Positions 1 through 8,328 of a stretch of 64,000 nucleotides of DNA are shown in pieces. Numbering within the stretch: the first letter of the stretch is position 1; the number at the start of each line of letters is the position of its first letter. A model generated the notes under the pieces. It searched no databases. It was not told the DNA's origin and was given only the letters and a program-made list of their open reading frames with translations. The position numbers were made by a program, and so were the translations under genes. The DNA is from Candidatus Hodarchaeota archaeon (GTDB lineage: Archaea > Asgardarchaeota > Lokiarchaeia > Sigyniarchaeales > SOKP01): assembly GCA_048886685.1 (NCBI GenBank), contig JBHLKM010000020.1, forward strand, positions 1 through 64,000. Reading direction: 5' to 3'.

Positions 1-287
1 AATATCGATACGAACCTTCTATGAGTTTTATAGGATCCGCTAAAATATCCTCCCCCGTGCAAGTATAGCATGACTCTTGATTTTAAGTCTTCCGAATTTA
101 AAGAGTATTTTTCTGCGGAAACATTTCCTATTTGAAGTTCTTCAAGAGTAATTCCTTTTATATGCTTCATTTTTAAAAACATTTTTTCCATTTCTTTTCT
201 ATACTCCTTTATATTCTCCATATCAAGGATATAATCATCTTGCACTTCCATTTTCTTCATGAACATGTTAGCCAATCTACTTACCAT
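1..287 (-). CDS. Alpha/beta hydrolase (HSL-family esterase/lipase), 5' part only; runs off the window edge
   Basis: Not in the ORF track. Manual translation from ATG at 287 gives MVSRLANMFMKK...VMLYLHGGGYFSGSYKTHRRFVSI, containing the HGGG oxyanion-hole motif. Confidence 0.85.
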   Translation of the reverse strand, partial: MVSRLANMFMKKMEVQDDYILDMENIKEYRKEMEKMFLKMKHIKGITLEELQIGNVSAEKYSLNSEDLKSRVMLYLHGGGYFSGSYKTHRRFVSI

Positions 288-440
288 TTTTATTTTTCAC
301 CTTTAATTTGATTTATCTTTTATATTAGGTTTTATTTATACATTAAGTTTACTTTTTAAACCTAATTTACAATATACATACAAAGTATTTAAAGACATAA
401 GTATATTGATTTCTACTAAGTGAAGTAAAATTCACTTACC

Positions 441-488
441 TTTCAAAGAAATTCTAGTGAAAATCAGACACTGAATTTACCTTTTCAT
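441..488 (+). repeat. Imperfect 48-bp intergenic direct repeat, copy 1 (copy 2 at 2706-2753)
   Basis: Manual ungapped alignment gives 38/48 identity; shared core TCAGACWCTGAATTTACCTTT. Confidence 0.65.
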
Positions 489-564
489 CCAATTTTCACA
501 GAAAATTGGGACAAAATTTAAAAAGGCTCGAACCTTGTGTCTCTTAAAACGGAGGAAAATACAA

Positions 565-810
565 ATGAGCGAAAAATCGAACCCAGACCAAAATAAATAC
601 ACCTATAAATATATCCAATTTACAGCCACACCATATGAAAAAAAGCAAATTAAACAATTTGCCGATAAAGAGAACTTCAAGACTACTTCCGAATTCGTGA
701 GAAGAATTGTATTTGACCATATTAGGAAAAAAGAGAGAAATTATACATACATTAAGAGAGAATTCTTTGCAAGACTTATTGAACAAAAATCTTATCGATC
801 ACAGTTTTGA
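565..810 (+). CDS. Small ribbon-helix-helix (CopG/MobC-like) DNA-binding protein
   Basis: GGAGG SD at 551-555 before ATG 565. IQFTATPYEKKQIKQFA...TTSEFVRRIV fits a strand-helix-helix RHH pattern. The 3' end overlaps the convergent TPR gene. Confidence 0.55.
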   Translation: MSEKSNPDQNKYTYKYIQFTATPYEKKQIKQFADKENFKTTSEFVRRIVFDHIRKKERNYTYIKREFFARLIEQKSYRSQF

Positions 811-2608
811 GTGCGGGAGGCTTATCGAGTTCTAGCATCTCACTGGTTTTGACTGACTTATTGAGGGCTTCCCAGATTTCTGGATTCTCTCTTATTGATT
901 CAGTAAAGCGCGATAACTTCTGCAACGCGGGATAGGATTGCCCCTTAATGACGTAGCATGCTAAAAACGGTTCAACTGGATTGATCAAGATTGTGTTTTC
1001 ACCGACTCGTATACGATCAATCGATTTTGAAAAGATCTCATCCATGAAGGTATTAAATGCAGACATAAAAGAACTAAAAAGATCGCTGTAATCCCAGTTT
1101 GCTATAAAGGAATGATTGAAGTAGGTTACACCGCTACTGTCCATAATAAGAAGCAAGATAGGTTCTTCATTTTCTAACTCAGGAGCTTCAATTACCCCCC
1201 TATCTTGCAAACGTTCAAGTACACCATCAATAGATGCCAATTTCAAACGTTCTGCCACTGATGCTTGGGTTTTTTTAAAGGATTCCCAGAGATTTAATTC
1301 TTCCAATAAATTGTCATGCTCTCTTGAGATATCGGTTGCTAATAGTTGGAGACCATGTTCATCTGCGATTTTTTGTGCTTCAGCTAACAACCTTCTGGCT
1401 TCTACTAAATTTATCTGAAGTAAAGCTAATTTTGCCTGGAAGAGTTTTCCGTTAGCTAATATCCAATATGAATTTGTTTTTCGGGCATTTTGTAATAAGA
1501 GATTGATAAGTGGATGTATATCATCCAATATTTCCATCTGATTGGTTAACTGAAATTCTTGGAAATATATTTCACATAAGTCAATTAAGGCCATACTAGT
1601 AAAAACAGGATCTCTACTTTTTTCTATAAGATTTTTTAAAATATTTTCTGCCTCGGTACGATCACGCATTCTACTACTTGATTTCAATATTTGAGCAGTT
1701 GTTAACTGAAATACAGCATTAATAATCAGCAACTCATGTCTATCGTTAAAAAGTTTAAATTCGTGGAAATACCTTCGCACTTCATCATTTTCTTTTTTGA
1801 GAAGAAAAATGACTATAATATTATAGTACGTCCAAGCCATCCAATGCCCTTCTTCAAATTTTTTATAAAGTTCAAGAGTACTTATCTGATATTCTAACGC
1901 ATGGTCCAAATCTCCTTTATATAGGTATAATCCTCCCATAAGACGGTAAACATCTGCTTTCCCAAAAAGAGGAGCGCGATATTTTGACTTAGGAATTAAA
2001 GATATGGCTTTTTCACAACATGCTAGTCCGATATTTATTTCTCCTTTACAGAAATAGTCCCAAGCCTTTACATCCAACATGAGAAGAATCATGAGTGAAA
2101 ATGGATCATTTTTTTCATAATATGCTATACATTTATCAGCATATTCTAAGCTCTGGTCAAGTTTTCTAAGTCCCCAGTCTCTCGCGGCATAAATAGCATC
2201 CATATCTGCTTCTATTTGTGGATAATTTAATAAATCTTCCTGATGAATTGATTTAAAAAGGCTAATACTCAGTTCAACATTCTTATGATATTCAATAACA
2301 TTTTTAACATATTTCAAACCAGTTGTAATAAAGACTAGGTGTTTGACAAAAAGCGCATAAAAGGAAAAGATAGCTTTATTAAATTGTTGACTAGTTTGGT
2401 AGAGGGTTTCAGCGGTCTGAAGGGCTATTTCGAATTTTCCAAGCCAATAAAAGAGATAACTTTTAATCCCTTGAATATTTAATCTCTCATCAAGTGTTAA
2501 ATTTTCTTTTTGTTCTAAATCATTTAAATATTCAAGAGCTTTTTCATATTCTCCATTATTAATTAAAGTTTTTGCTTTCATTAGTTTCTCAGAAGGTAGA
2601 AAAATCAT
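776..2608 (-). CDS. TPR-repeat protein with C-terminal longin-like domain
   Basis: Repeated TPR helices (GEYEKALEY, GDLDHALEY); C-terminal ILLLIMDSSGVTYF...LFSSFMSAFNTFMDEIF longin-type pattern. Confidence 0.8.
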   Translation of the reverse strand: MIFLPSEKLMKAKTLINNGEYEKALEYLNDLEQKENLTLDERLNIQGIKSYLFYWLGKFEIALQTAETLYQTSQQFNKAIFSFYALFVKHLVFITTGLKYVKNVIEYHKNVELSISLFKSIHQEDLLNYPQIEADMDAIYAARDWGLRKLDQSLEYADKCIAYYEKNDPFSLMILLMLDVKAWDYFCKGEINIGLACCEKAISLIPKSKYRAPLFGKADVYRLMGGLYLYKGDLDHALEYQISTLELYKKFEEGHWMAWTYYNIIVIFLLKKENDEVRRYFHEFKLFNDRHELLIINAVFQLTTAQILKSSSRMRDRTEAENILKNLIEKSRDPVFTSMALIDLCEIYFQEFQLTNQMEILDDIHPLINLLLQNARKTNSYWILANGKLFQAKLALLQINLVEARRLLAEAQKIADEHGLQLLATDISREHDNLLEELNLWESFKKTQASVAERLKLASIDGVLERLQDRGVIEAPELENEEPILLLIMDSSGVTYFNHSFIANWDYSDLFSSFMSAFNTFMDEIFSKSIDRIRVGENTILINPVEPFLACYVIKGQSYPALQKLSRFTESIRENPEIWEALNKSVKTSEMLELDKPPALKTVIDKIFVQ

Positions 2609-2705
2609 TGGTGTCGCAATTTATTTTCATTAAATCTTATAGACTAATATATGAATTGATTATAGTGGAATATTTAACATTTTTGAAAATTTATAGATGA
2701 ACTTT

Positions 2706-2753
2706 CTTCAAAGGAATTTTCATTGAACTCAGACTCTGAATTTACCTTTCCAT
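2706..2753 (+). repeat. Imperfect 48-bp intergenic direct repeat, copy 2
   Basis: Matches 441-488 at 38/48 positions. Confidence 0.65.
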
Positions 2754-2993
2754 TTCAATACTAATTTAAAGTCCTTGAATCAAAACTTAATTTTATAAAA
2801 CTGAAATTAGAAATTTCTAATTTTGTTAAATAGATCTAAATATGTTTTAGAAATCTCATTGGGTTAAAACAGAATAACTTCAGTAATGGTTTAAAGTTCA
2901 GTTCAAGTTCAAAATTTAAATCTATTTAGGGAATGGTTAGTAGAATATTTATAAGGATTAAAATAATGAAAAGTTAATTTATGGTTGAGAAAA

Positions 2994-4298
2994 ATGGAGT
3001 TTATACCGACTAAAAAGAATTTCCATCATTATTTGTATTTTCTTTTTGGGCAACAATTTTCAATGTTAGGCTCGTTAATTGTAGGCTTTGTAATAACTTG
3101 GTGGCTCACTATTGAAACAGGAAGCGCAGTTATTTTATCGATCTCAGTCTTTTTAATGTTCATACCCCAAATTGTAGTAACACCTTTTTCAGGAGTTCTA
3201 TCAGATAGATGGAATAAAAAAACTATAATAGCAATTTCCGATTCGATGCAAGCTGTAGTAACCTTTTTACTTTTTGCTTTCTTTCTTTTTGATTTAAAGA
3301 ATGTTTGGCTTGTTTTGGGGATAAACACATTTAGAGCAGGATTATTTGCATTTCAATACCCCACAGTTCAATCTCTTATCCCCATTATGGTACCAAAGGA
3401 TAATTTAAGTAGAATTAATGGATTTAATTTCCTATTCTCTGGATTAATTTATAGTATAGGTCCAATAATAGCAGCAACATTATTGGCTTTTTTTCCAGCT
3501 TCTCAAATTTTTCTGTTAGATATTATAACATTTGGGATTGCTCTAGTCCCGTTAATCCTTATAAAAGTTCCTACTGTAAATCATATAATAACAGAAGAAG
3601 CTACAGATAAGTCATTTGTAAAAGATTTCAAAACGGGTTTATTGACAATCAAAATGGTTCCTGGTCTCTTTGCAATGATAGCATTTGCGATGATTTGGAA
3701 CTTTATACATAGACCTTGGGCAGTACTAATGCCTTACTTTGTAAAGTATACTCATAATGGTTCTGCTTTTGATCTTGCTTTGCTTATGGCTATGGCTCAA
3801 GTGGGGAATATATTGGGCTCTTTAATAATGTCAATTAAGAAGACATGGAAACATAAAATAAAAATAAACATAATTGGAGCATCGATATTCTTTCTTTGTC
3901 AAATACCTGCTATCCTCGCACCAAAAGGTAATTTCATTCTTATGATACTAGTGCTTTTCCCTGCATGGGTTATTATGCCAATTACGGTCTCAACATATCT
4001 TGCAATCTTACAAATAGTCGTTTCTAAAGATAAAATTGGAAGAATAATGTCAATTGATCATATGATTTCTATGGCAATTGCACCTATAGGGGCGCTTATT
4101 GCGGGACCATTAGCAGAAATTATAGGAATAATTAACTTATTCCTAATCTTTGCTATTCTTGGGATAATCCATCCATTTTTCATTTGGTTCTTTACAAAAA
4201 TCAGACAACTTGAGATCATCGATCAAAAACTTATGAAAGAAGCTGTAGAAATTCCAGAAGTAGAAGAAGTAATGGAAATTGCTGAAGTTATAGAATAA
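2994..4298 (+). CDS. MFS transporter (DHA3/MefA-like efflux family)
   Basis: About 12 hydrophobic segments; GQQFSMLGS at the N-terminus; MFS motif A GVLSDRWNKK. Confidence 0.85.
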   Translation: MEFIPTKKNFHHYLYFLFGQQFSMLGSLIVGFVITWWLTIETGSAVILSISVFLMFIPQIVVTPFSGVLSDRWNKKTIIAISDSMQAVVTFLLFAFFLFDLKNVWLVLGINTFRAGLFAFQYPTVQSLIPIMVPKDNLSRINGFNFLFSGLIYSIGPIIAATLLAFFPASQIFLLDIITFGIALVPLILIKVPTVNHIITEEATDKSFVKDFKTGLLTIKMVPGLFAMIAFAMIWNFIHRPWAVLMPYFVKYTHNGSAFDLALLMAMAQVGNILGSLIMSIKKTWKHKIKINIIGASIFFLCQIPAILAPKGNFILMILVLFPAWVIMPITVSTYLAILQIVVSKDKIGRIMSIDHMISMAIAPIGALIAGPLAEIIGIINLFLIFAILGIIHPFFIWFFTKIRQLEIIDQKLMKEAVEIPEVEEVMEIAEVIE

Positions 4299-4318
4299 CT
4301 TTTTTTTGTTTTTTCTTT
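4299..4318 (+). terminator. Oligo-T archaeal terminator-like tract
   Basis: T-rich tract immediately after the MFS stop codon. Confidence 0.45.
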
Positions 4319-4334
4319 AAGATCTATTTTTAGA

Positions 4335-4422
4335 AGTTGTGAATTTATTTTCACTATAATCACCTTTAAATATACTACTTGATTTCATATATTAATAAGT
4401 TGTGAATTTTTTTTTCACAACT
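4335..4422 (+). promoter_or_regulatory. Two operator-like inverted repeats flanking a TATA-like box upstream of the thioredoxin and HTH genes
   Basis: Perfect AGTTGTGAA-N7-TTCACAACT at 4398-4422; partial AGTTGTGAA-N6-TTCAC at 4335-4354; TTTAAATA at about 4365-4372. Confidence 0.6.
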
Positions 4423-4449
4423 AAAACCAACAATAAAAGTGGTAAAGTA

Positions 4450-4854
4450 ATGCAAAAAGTTGATTCAGAGTTAGAAAAGTTGAGAATGAAAAGAGCCAAA
4501 ACTTTATTAAACAGTCAACAAATGCCAGAAAACATTATAGAAATACAATCTGCTGAGGAATTTGAAAAATTATTGAAAGATTATCCAAATAAAATAGTTA
4601 TAATTGATTTTTGGGCAGTTTGGTGTGGTCCCTGCATGTTTTTCGCGCCAGTTTTCAAAAAACTTCATGAAGAATATAAGAAAGATTTTATCTTTGTAAA
4701 AGTCAATGTGGATGAAAACAATGCTATTGCTATGAAATACAGTATTACCGGAATCCCAACTACGTTATTTATTAAGAATGGAGATGTTGTAAATAAAATT
4801 ATTGGCGCTTTGAATTATGAACAGATGAAACAAGTATTAGAAAAACTAAAATAA
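4450..4854 (+). CDS. trxA: Thioredoxin
   Basis: IDFWAVWCGPC active site and GIPT cis-Pro loop. ATG 4450 preferred over GTG 4402, which lies inside the inverted repeat. Confidence 0.93.
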   Translation: MQKVDSELEKLRMKRAKTLLNSQQMPENIIEIQSAEEFEKLLKDYPNKIVIIDFWAVWCGPCMFFAPVFKKLHEEYKKDFIFVKVNVDENNAIAMKYSITGIPTTLFIKNGDVVNKIIGALNYEQMKQVLEKLK

Positions 4855-4917
4855 GCATCAATTGAAAAATCTAATCTTTTTACTTATAATTTTTTAATAA
4901 AATCAAGCAGACTAATA

Positions 4918-5382
4918 ATGGAAGTATTTGAAAAACAGCTAAAAGAATTTGAAAGAATAGATGATTTATTAGATAAAAAAGAACTCTTTTCAAGCGAAAA
5001 ATTATTTAAATGTATATTAGGATTAAACAAAACTGGATCAAAGGTATTTGGATATATCCTTAAAAATAATGATGCAAGTACTTCTGAAATAGCATCTGAA
5101 TTAAATATGGAAAGAAGCTCAATTCAAAGAGCCATTCAAGATCTATCAAAATTACATCTCATTGACCGCAAGTCTATCTCAATGAAAGAATACAAAGACG
5201 ACGAGTCCAAATCTAGTTCTAAAAAGCAAGGATATTTATATGTCTACAATGCTAAAAATATAGAATCGATAAAAACACAATTTAAGGAATTATTAGATAA
5301 ATGGTATAATTCAATGGTCAAGTACATCGAAAATCTTGAAAATTTATGTGAATGCTGTGGTTTTAAATTTGAGCCCTGCTAA
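4918..5382 (+). CDS. Winged-HTH transcriptional regulator (TrmB/MarR-like) with Cys-rich C-terminus
   Basis: KCILGLNKTGSKVF...STSEIASELNMERSSIQRAIQDL HTH; GYLYVY wing; tail LCECCGFKFEPC. Confidence 0.8.
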   Translation: MEVFEKQLKEFERIDDLLDKKELFSSEKLFKCILGLNKTGSKVFGYILKNNDASTSEIASELNMERSSIQRAIQDLSKLHLIDRKSISMKEYKDDESKSSSKKQGYLYVYNAKNIESIKTQFKELLDKWYNSMVKYIENLENLCECCGFKFEPC

Positions 5383-5401
5383 TTTTTGAGAAAAAAAGTA
5401 T

Positions 5402-5767
5402 TTATTTTGCATTTTCATCTTCTTGCATAATACCAAGCTTATTCCCCTCAGTATCATTGAACATATAGAAGTAACCGACGCCTGGTACTGTAATTTTGGG
5501 AGATACTATTGTTCCACCAAATTTTTCTACTTTAGACTTAGCATCTTCTACTGAGGATACACTTATATAATTAAAGACTTGATCAGCTGACTCTTCTCTT
5601 TTTTGTAGACCCCCGTTTATTCCCTCTTCACCCTCCTTTCCAGCCTCAATTACCCAATATTCCCCACCTTCCCATTTTTCAATTTTCCAATCAAAAACTT
5701 GTTCATAAAAACTTTTTGCTCTTTCAATATCGTCAGCATTAATTTCAAAATGAACAATCTTTGGCAT
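5402..5767 (-). CDS. VOC/glyoxalase family protein
   Basis: VHFEINADDIERAKSFYEQVFDW and DTEGNKLGI motifs. Confidence 0.92.
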   Translation of the reverse strand: MPKIVHFEINADDIERAKSFYEQVFDWKIEKWEGGEYWVIEAGKEGEEGINGGLQKREESADQVFNYISVSSVEDAKSKVEKFGGTIVSPKITVPGVGYFYMFNDTEGNKLGIMQEDENAK

Positions 5768-5995
5768 ATTACCACCTCTATCTTGTAATTATTCAATAAT
5801 AATATGATTTCATATATAAAACAATACACTTTACATTCAATTATAAATTTTGCCAAGAAAAGACGAAAATATCTAAATATTATCTTGAGCACATCGTAGT
5901 ACATACTTTAAATCGTGAAAGTGTTCTTTCAAGAAGATCTTCTAAATACCTAAAAAAAGAATTGTATATATTAGACCTTAAATTATCTTTAAAAC

Positions 5996-7117
5996 ATGAT
6001 TAATCCTATGTATGAAAAACTTGCACATTTAGTGGTAAATTACTCATTGCACATTAAAAAAGGAGAAAGGGTTATTATTGATAGTCTTGCGATAGCTGAG
6101 GAGCTTATACGCGCTATATATGTTGAAGTTCTAAAAGTTGGAGCTCATCCGTATTTGGAAATAGAAATTGAAGGAATAAATGAGTTATTTTTTAAATATG
6201 CTTCTGAAGAACAATTATCATACTTTGATAATGCCTCCAAATTGATTTATAAAGAATTTGATTGTCTTATTTGGATCAGAGCAGACTATAATACAAAACG
6301 AATGAGCATAATAGATCCTAAGATCATTGCTAAGCATCGCGGTTCCGAAAAACGAAAGGAGTTCTTAAAAATGCTCCATGAAAGACAAATAAAGGGTGAA
6401 TTCAGGTGGGTTTCTTTCCCGTTTCCTTGCAACTCTTTTGCCCAGGATGCAAATATGGACTTGCTTTCTTATATCGATTTTGTAAGTAAGGCCATGTTTC
6501 TTGATAAAGAAGATCCTATTCAAGAATGGAAAAATTTGGAAAGAAGTCTACAAAAATATGTTGATTACATAAATAAATTCGATAAAATTCGTGTGTTGGG
6601 AGAAGATACAGATTTGGAGTTTTCCGTGAAGGGAAGAAAGTGGCTTAGTAGCTGCGGACACATCAATTTACCAGATGGAGAAATCTATACAGGACCAATA
6701 GAGGATTCTGTTAATGGGAGGATAAGGTTTTCTTATCCGGGGATCCATTTAGGGAAAGAGATTGAAAATATTTATTTAGAGTTTAAGGATGGGATCGTAG
6801 TGTCAGCATCAGCTCAAAAAGGTGAAGATCTTCTCAACGAAATACTTAAAATTGAGAATGCAAATAGAATGGGAGAATTTGCCATTGGGACCAATTATGG
6901 GATCACTCAATTTACCAAAAATATGATGTTTGATGAGAAAATAGGAGGTACTTTGCATTGCGCTCTGGGTGATGGTTTTAAAAACACTGGTTCAAAAAAT
7001 GAGAGTGCAATACACTGGGATCTTTTAAAGGATATGAAAGTACCAGGTTCAAGGATCCTAGCAGATGATGCAGTTGTTTATGAGGAAGGTAACTGGGTAC
7101 TTCCCAATAAAAATTAA
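5996..7117 (+). CDS. Aminopeptidase, M29 (AmpS/AmpT) family
   Basis: NLPDGEIYTGP, GEFAIGTN, FDEKIGGTLHCALG and SAIHWD motifs. Confidence 0.93.
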   Translation: MINPMYEKLAHLVVNYSLHIKKGERVIIDSLAIAEELIRAIYVEVLKVGAHPYLEIEIEGINELFFKYASEEQLSYFDNASKLIYKEFDCLIWIRADYNTKRMSIIDPKIIAKHRGSEKRKEFLKMLHERQIKGEFRWVSFPFPCNSFAQDANMDLLSYIDFVSKAMFLDKEDPIQEWKNLERSLQKYVDYINKFDKIRVLGEDTDLEFSVKGRKWLSSCGHINLPDGEIYTGPIEDSVNGRIRFSYPGIHLGKEIENIYLEFKDGIVVSASAQKGEDLLNEILKIENANRMGEFAIGTNYGITQFTKNMMFDEKIGGTLHCALGDGFKNTGSKNESAIHWDLLKDMKVPGSRILADDAVVYEEGNWVLPNKN

Positions 7118-7145
7118 TGCTTAGATTAGAATTCATTAATGAAAA

Positions 7146-7186
7146 TTAGACCTGGTTTTACCATAATGGTAAATACCAGGATCTAA
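7146..7186. repeat. Near-perfect ~40-bp palindrome/hairpin
   Basis: TTAGA-CCTGGT-T-TTTACCAT-A-ATGGTAAA-T-ACCAGG-A-TCTAA. Confidence 0.7.
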
Positions 7187-7226
7187 ATCAAAAAATCTTA
7201 AAATCCTCAAATACTCCTTTTTAATT

Positions 7227-8291
7227 ATGAATTATTTCACTAAAGAGAGACTAATCTCCACATTAAAGGATTATACAAAGTTCATAGAATTAAAAGCCAA
7301 TGAAAGTTCCATAATTATTTCAGAATACGGAGGAAGACCCTTAGGAATATTTCCCAAAGAAAATTGTTATAATTTATTATGGGTAAATCCTCATATTAGG
7401 GAAGCCATTAAAGCAAGAAGTCATGAAATTGGGGGAGATCGATATTGGATAAGTCCAGAAAGAGATTTCTTTTATAAACAGCCTGATACATTTACAGATT
7501 GGTTTTGCCCTAACGGACTAGATCCCGCAAGTTATGAAATCCTTATGGATTTAGAAAATTCCTGTACGGTTTCAAGTGGAGTTTTTGTTACAAACCAAAG
7601 AACTAAATTAGGATACCAAGGGGAAATAACTCGTCAATTCAAACTCATAAAAGAACCTTATTCTACGGGTATAAGTTATTGTGGAATCGAATTTGTAGAT
7701 GACTGTGTCTTTTATAGGCCGAATTTGAAAATTAATGGTTGGAGTTTGGCAACAGTAATAAGTGGTGGTACTGAATCTCCGGGTACAGTTCTAGTACCCA
7801 CAAAGGCAAACCCAAATCCACTTTCTTATTTTAGGATTATTCCTGAGGATAGATTGAAGATTGAGGATAATTATGTAACATTTAAAATTGATGTTGATGA
7901 TATTTATAAACTCGCGATTCGACCTGAAGATATTGATTACAAGAGAGCTGCTAAGATTGGCTACATGTTGAAAATTCCTCATTCTGATGAGTATGGTTTC
8001 ATCGTTAAATTATCTGATGACATTCCAAAAAGTCAGAACGAGTGTTTTGATGTTTCGAGAGACCATCCTGACTCAGAGATTGGTGTTATTCAATCTTATA
8101 ATGCTGAATCCCCCGATAAGTCATTGCTTAATTTTGGGGAAATAGAGCTACAATTAAATCCTTTTAGAACCATTGATAATGCTTCACATGGTAAAGCTAA
8201 ACATCAGCTTTTTGCATATATTGGTTTTAAAGAGGAGATATTAATAGCCGTAGAAAAATATCTAGGAATTGAAAATCCATTCTTATTCTAG
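7227..8291 (+). CDS. Conserved hypothetical protein (DUF6786-like, beta-rich)
   Basis: 354-aa ORF; YGGRPLG and GGDRYWISPE resemble DUF6786-type motifs (recalled, not searched). Confidence 0.5.
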   Translation: MNYFTKERLISTLKDYTKFIELKANESSIIISEYGGRPLGIFPKENCYNLLWVNPHIREAIKARSHEIGGDRYWISPERDFFYKQPDTFTDWFCPNGLDPASYEILMDLENSCTVSSGVFVTNQRTKLGYQGEITRQFKLIKEPYSTGISYCGIEFVDDCVFYRPNLKINGWSLATVISGGTESPGTVLVPTKANPNPLSYFRIIPEDRLKIEDNYVTFKIDVDDIYKLAIRPEDIDYKRAAKIGYMLKIPHSDEYGFIVKLSDDIPKSQNECFDVSRDHPDSEIGVIQSYNAESPDKSLLNFGEIELQLNPFRTIDNASHGKAKHQLFAYIGFKEEILIAVEKYLGIENPFLF

Positions 8292-8328
8292 ATAATAAAA
8301 TTAAGAGAAAAATTGAAAAAATTTAATA

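Noticed and set aside
2725-2750. GACTCTGAAT resembling a tRNA-Gln anticodon loop
   Set aside because: No proper anticodon stem, D-arm, T-arm or acceptor stem around it.
2804-2823. 20-bp perfect palindrome AAATTAGAAATTTCTAATTT
   Set aside because: Almost entirely A/T in an AT-rich intergenic region; it cannot be distinguished from chance without more copies.
4402-4449. GTG-started N-terminal extension of thioredoxin
   Set aside because: It overlaps the operator-like inverted repeat and a poly-T tract; ATG 4450 is more plausible.
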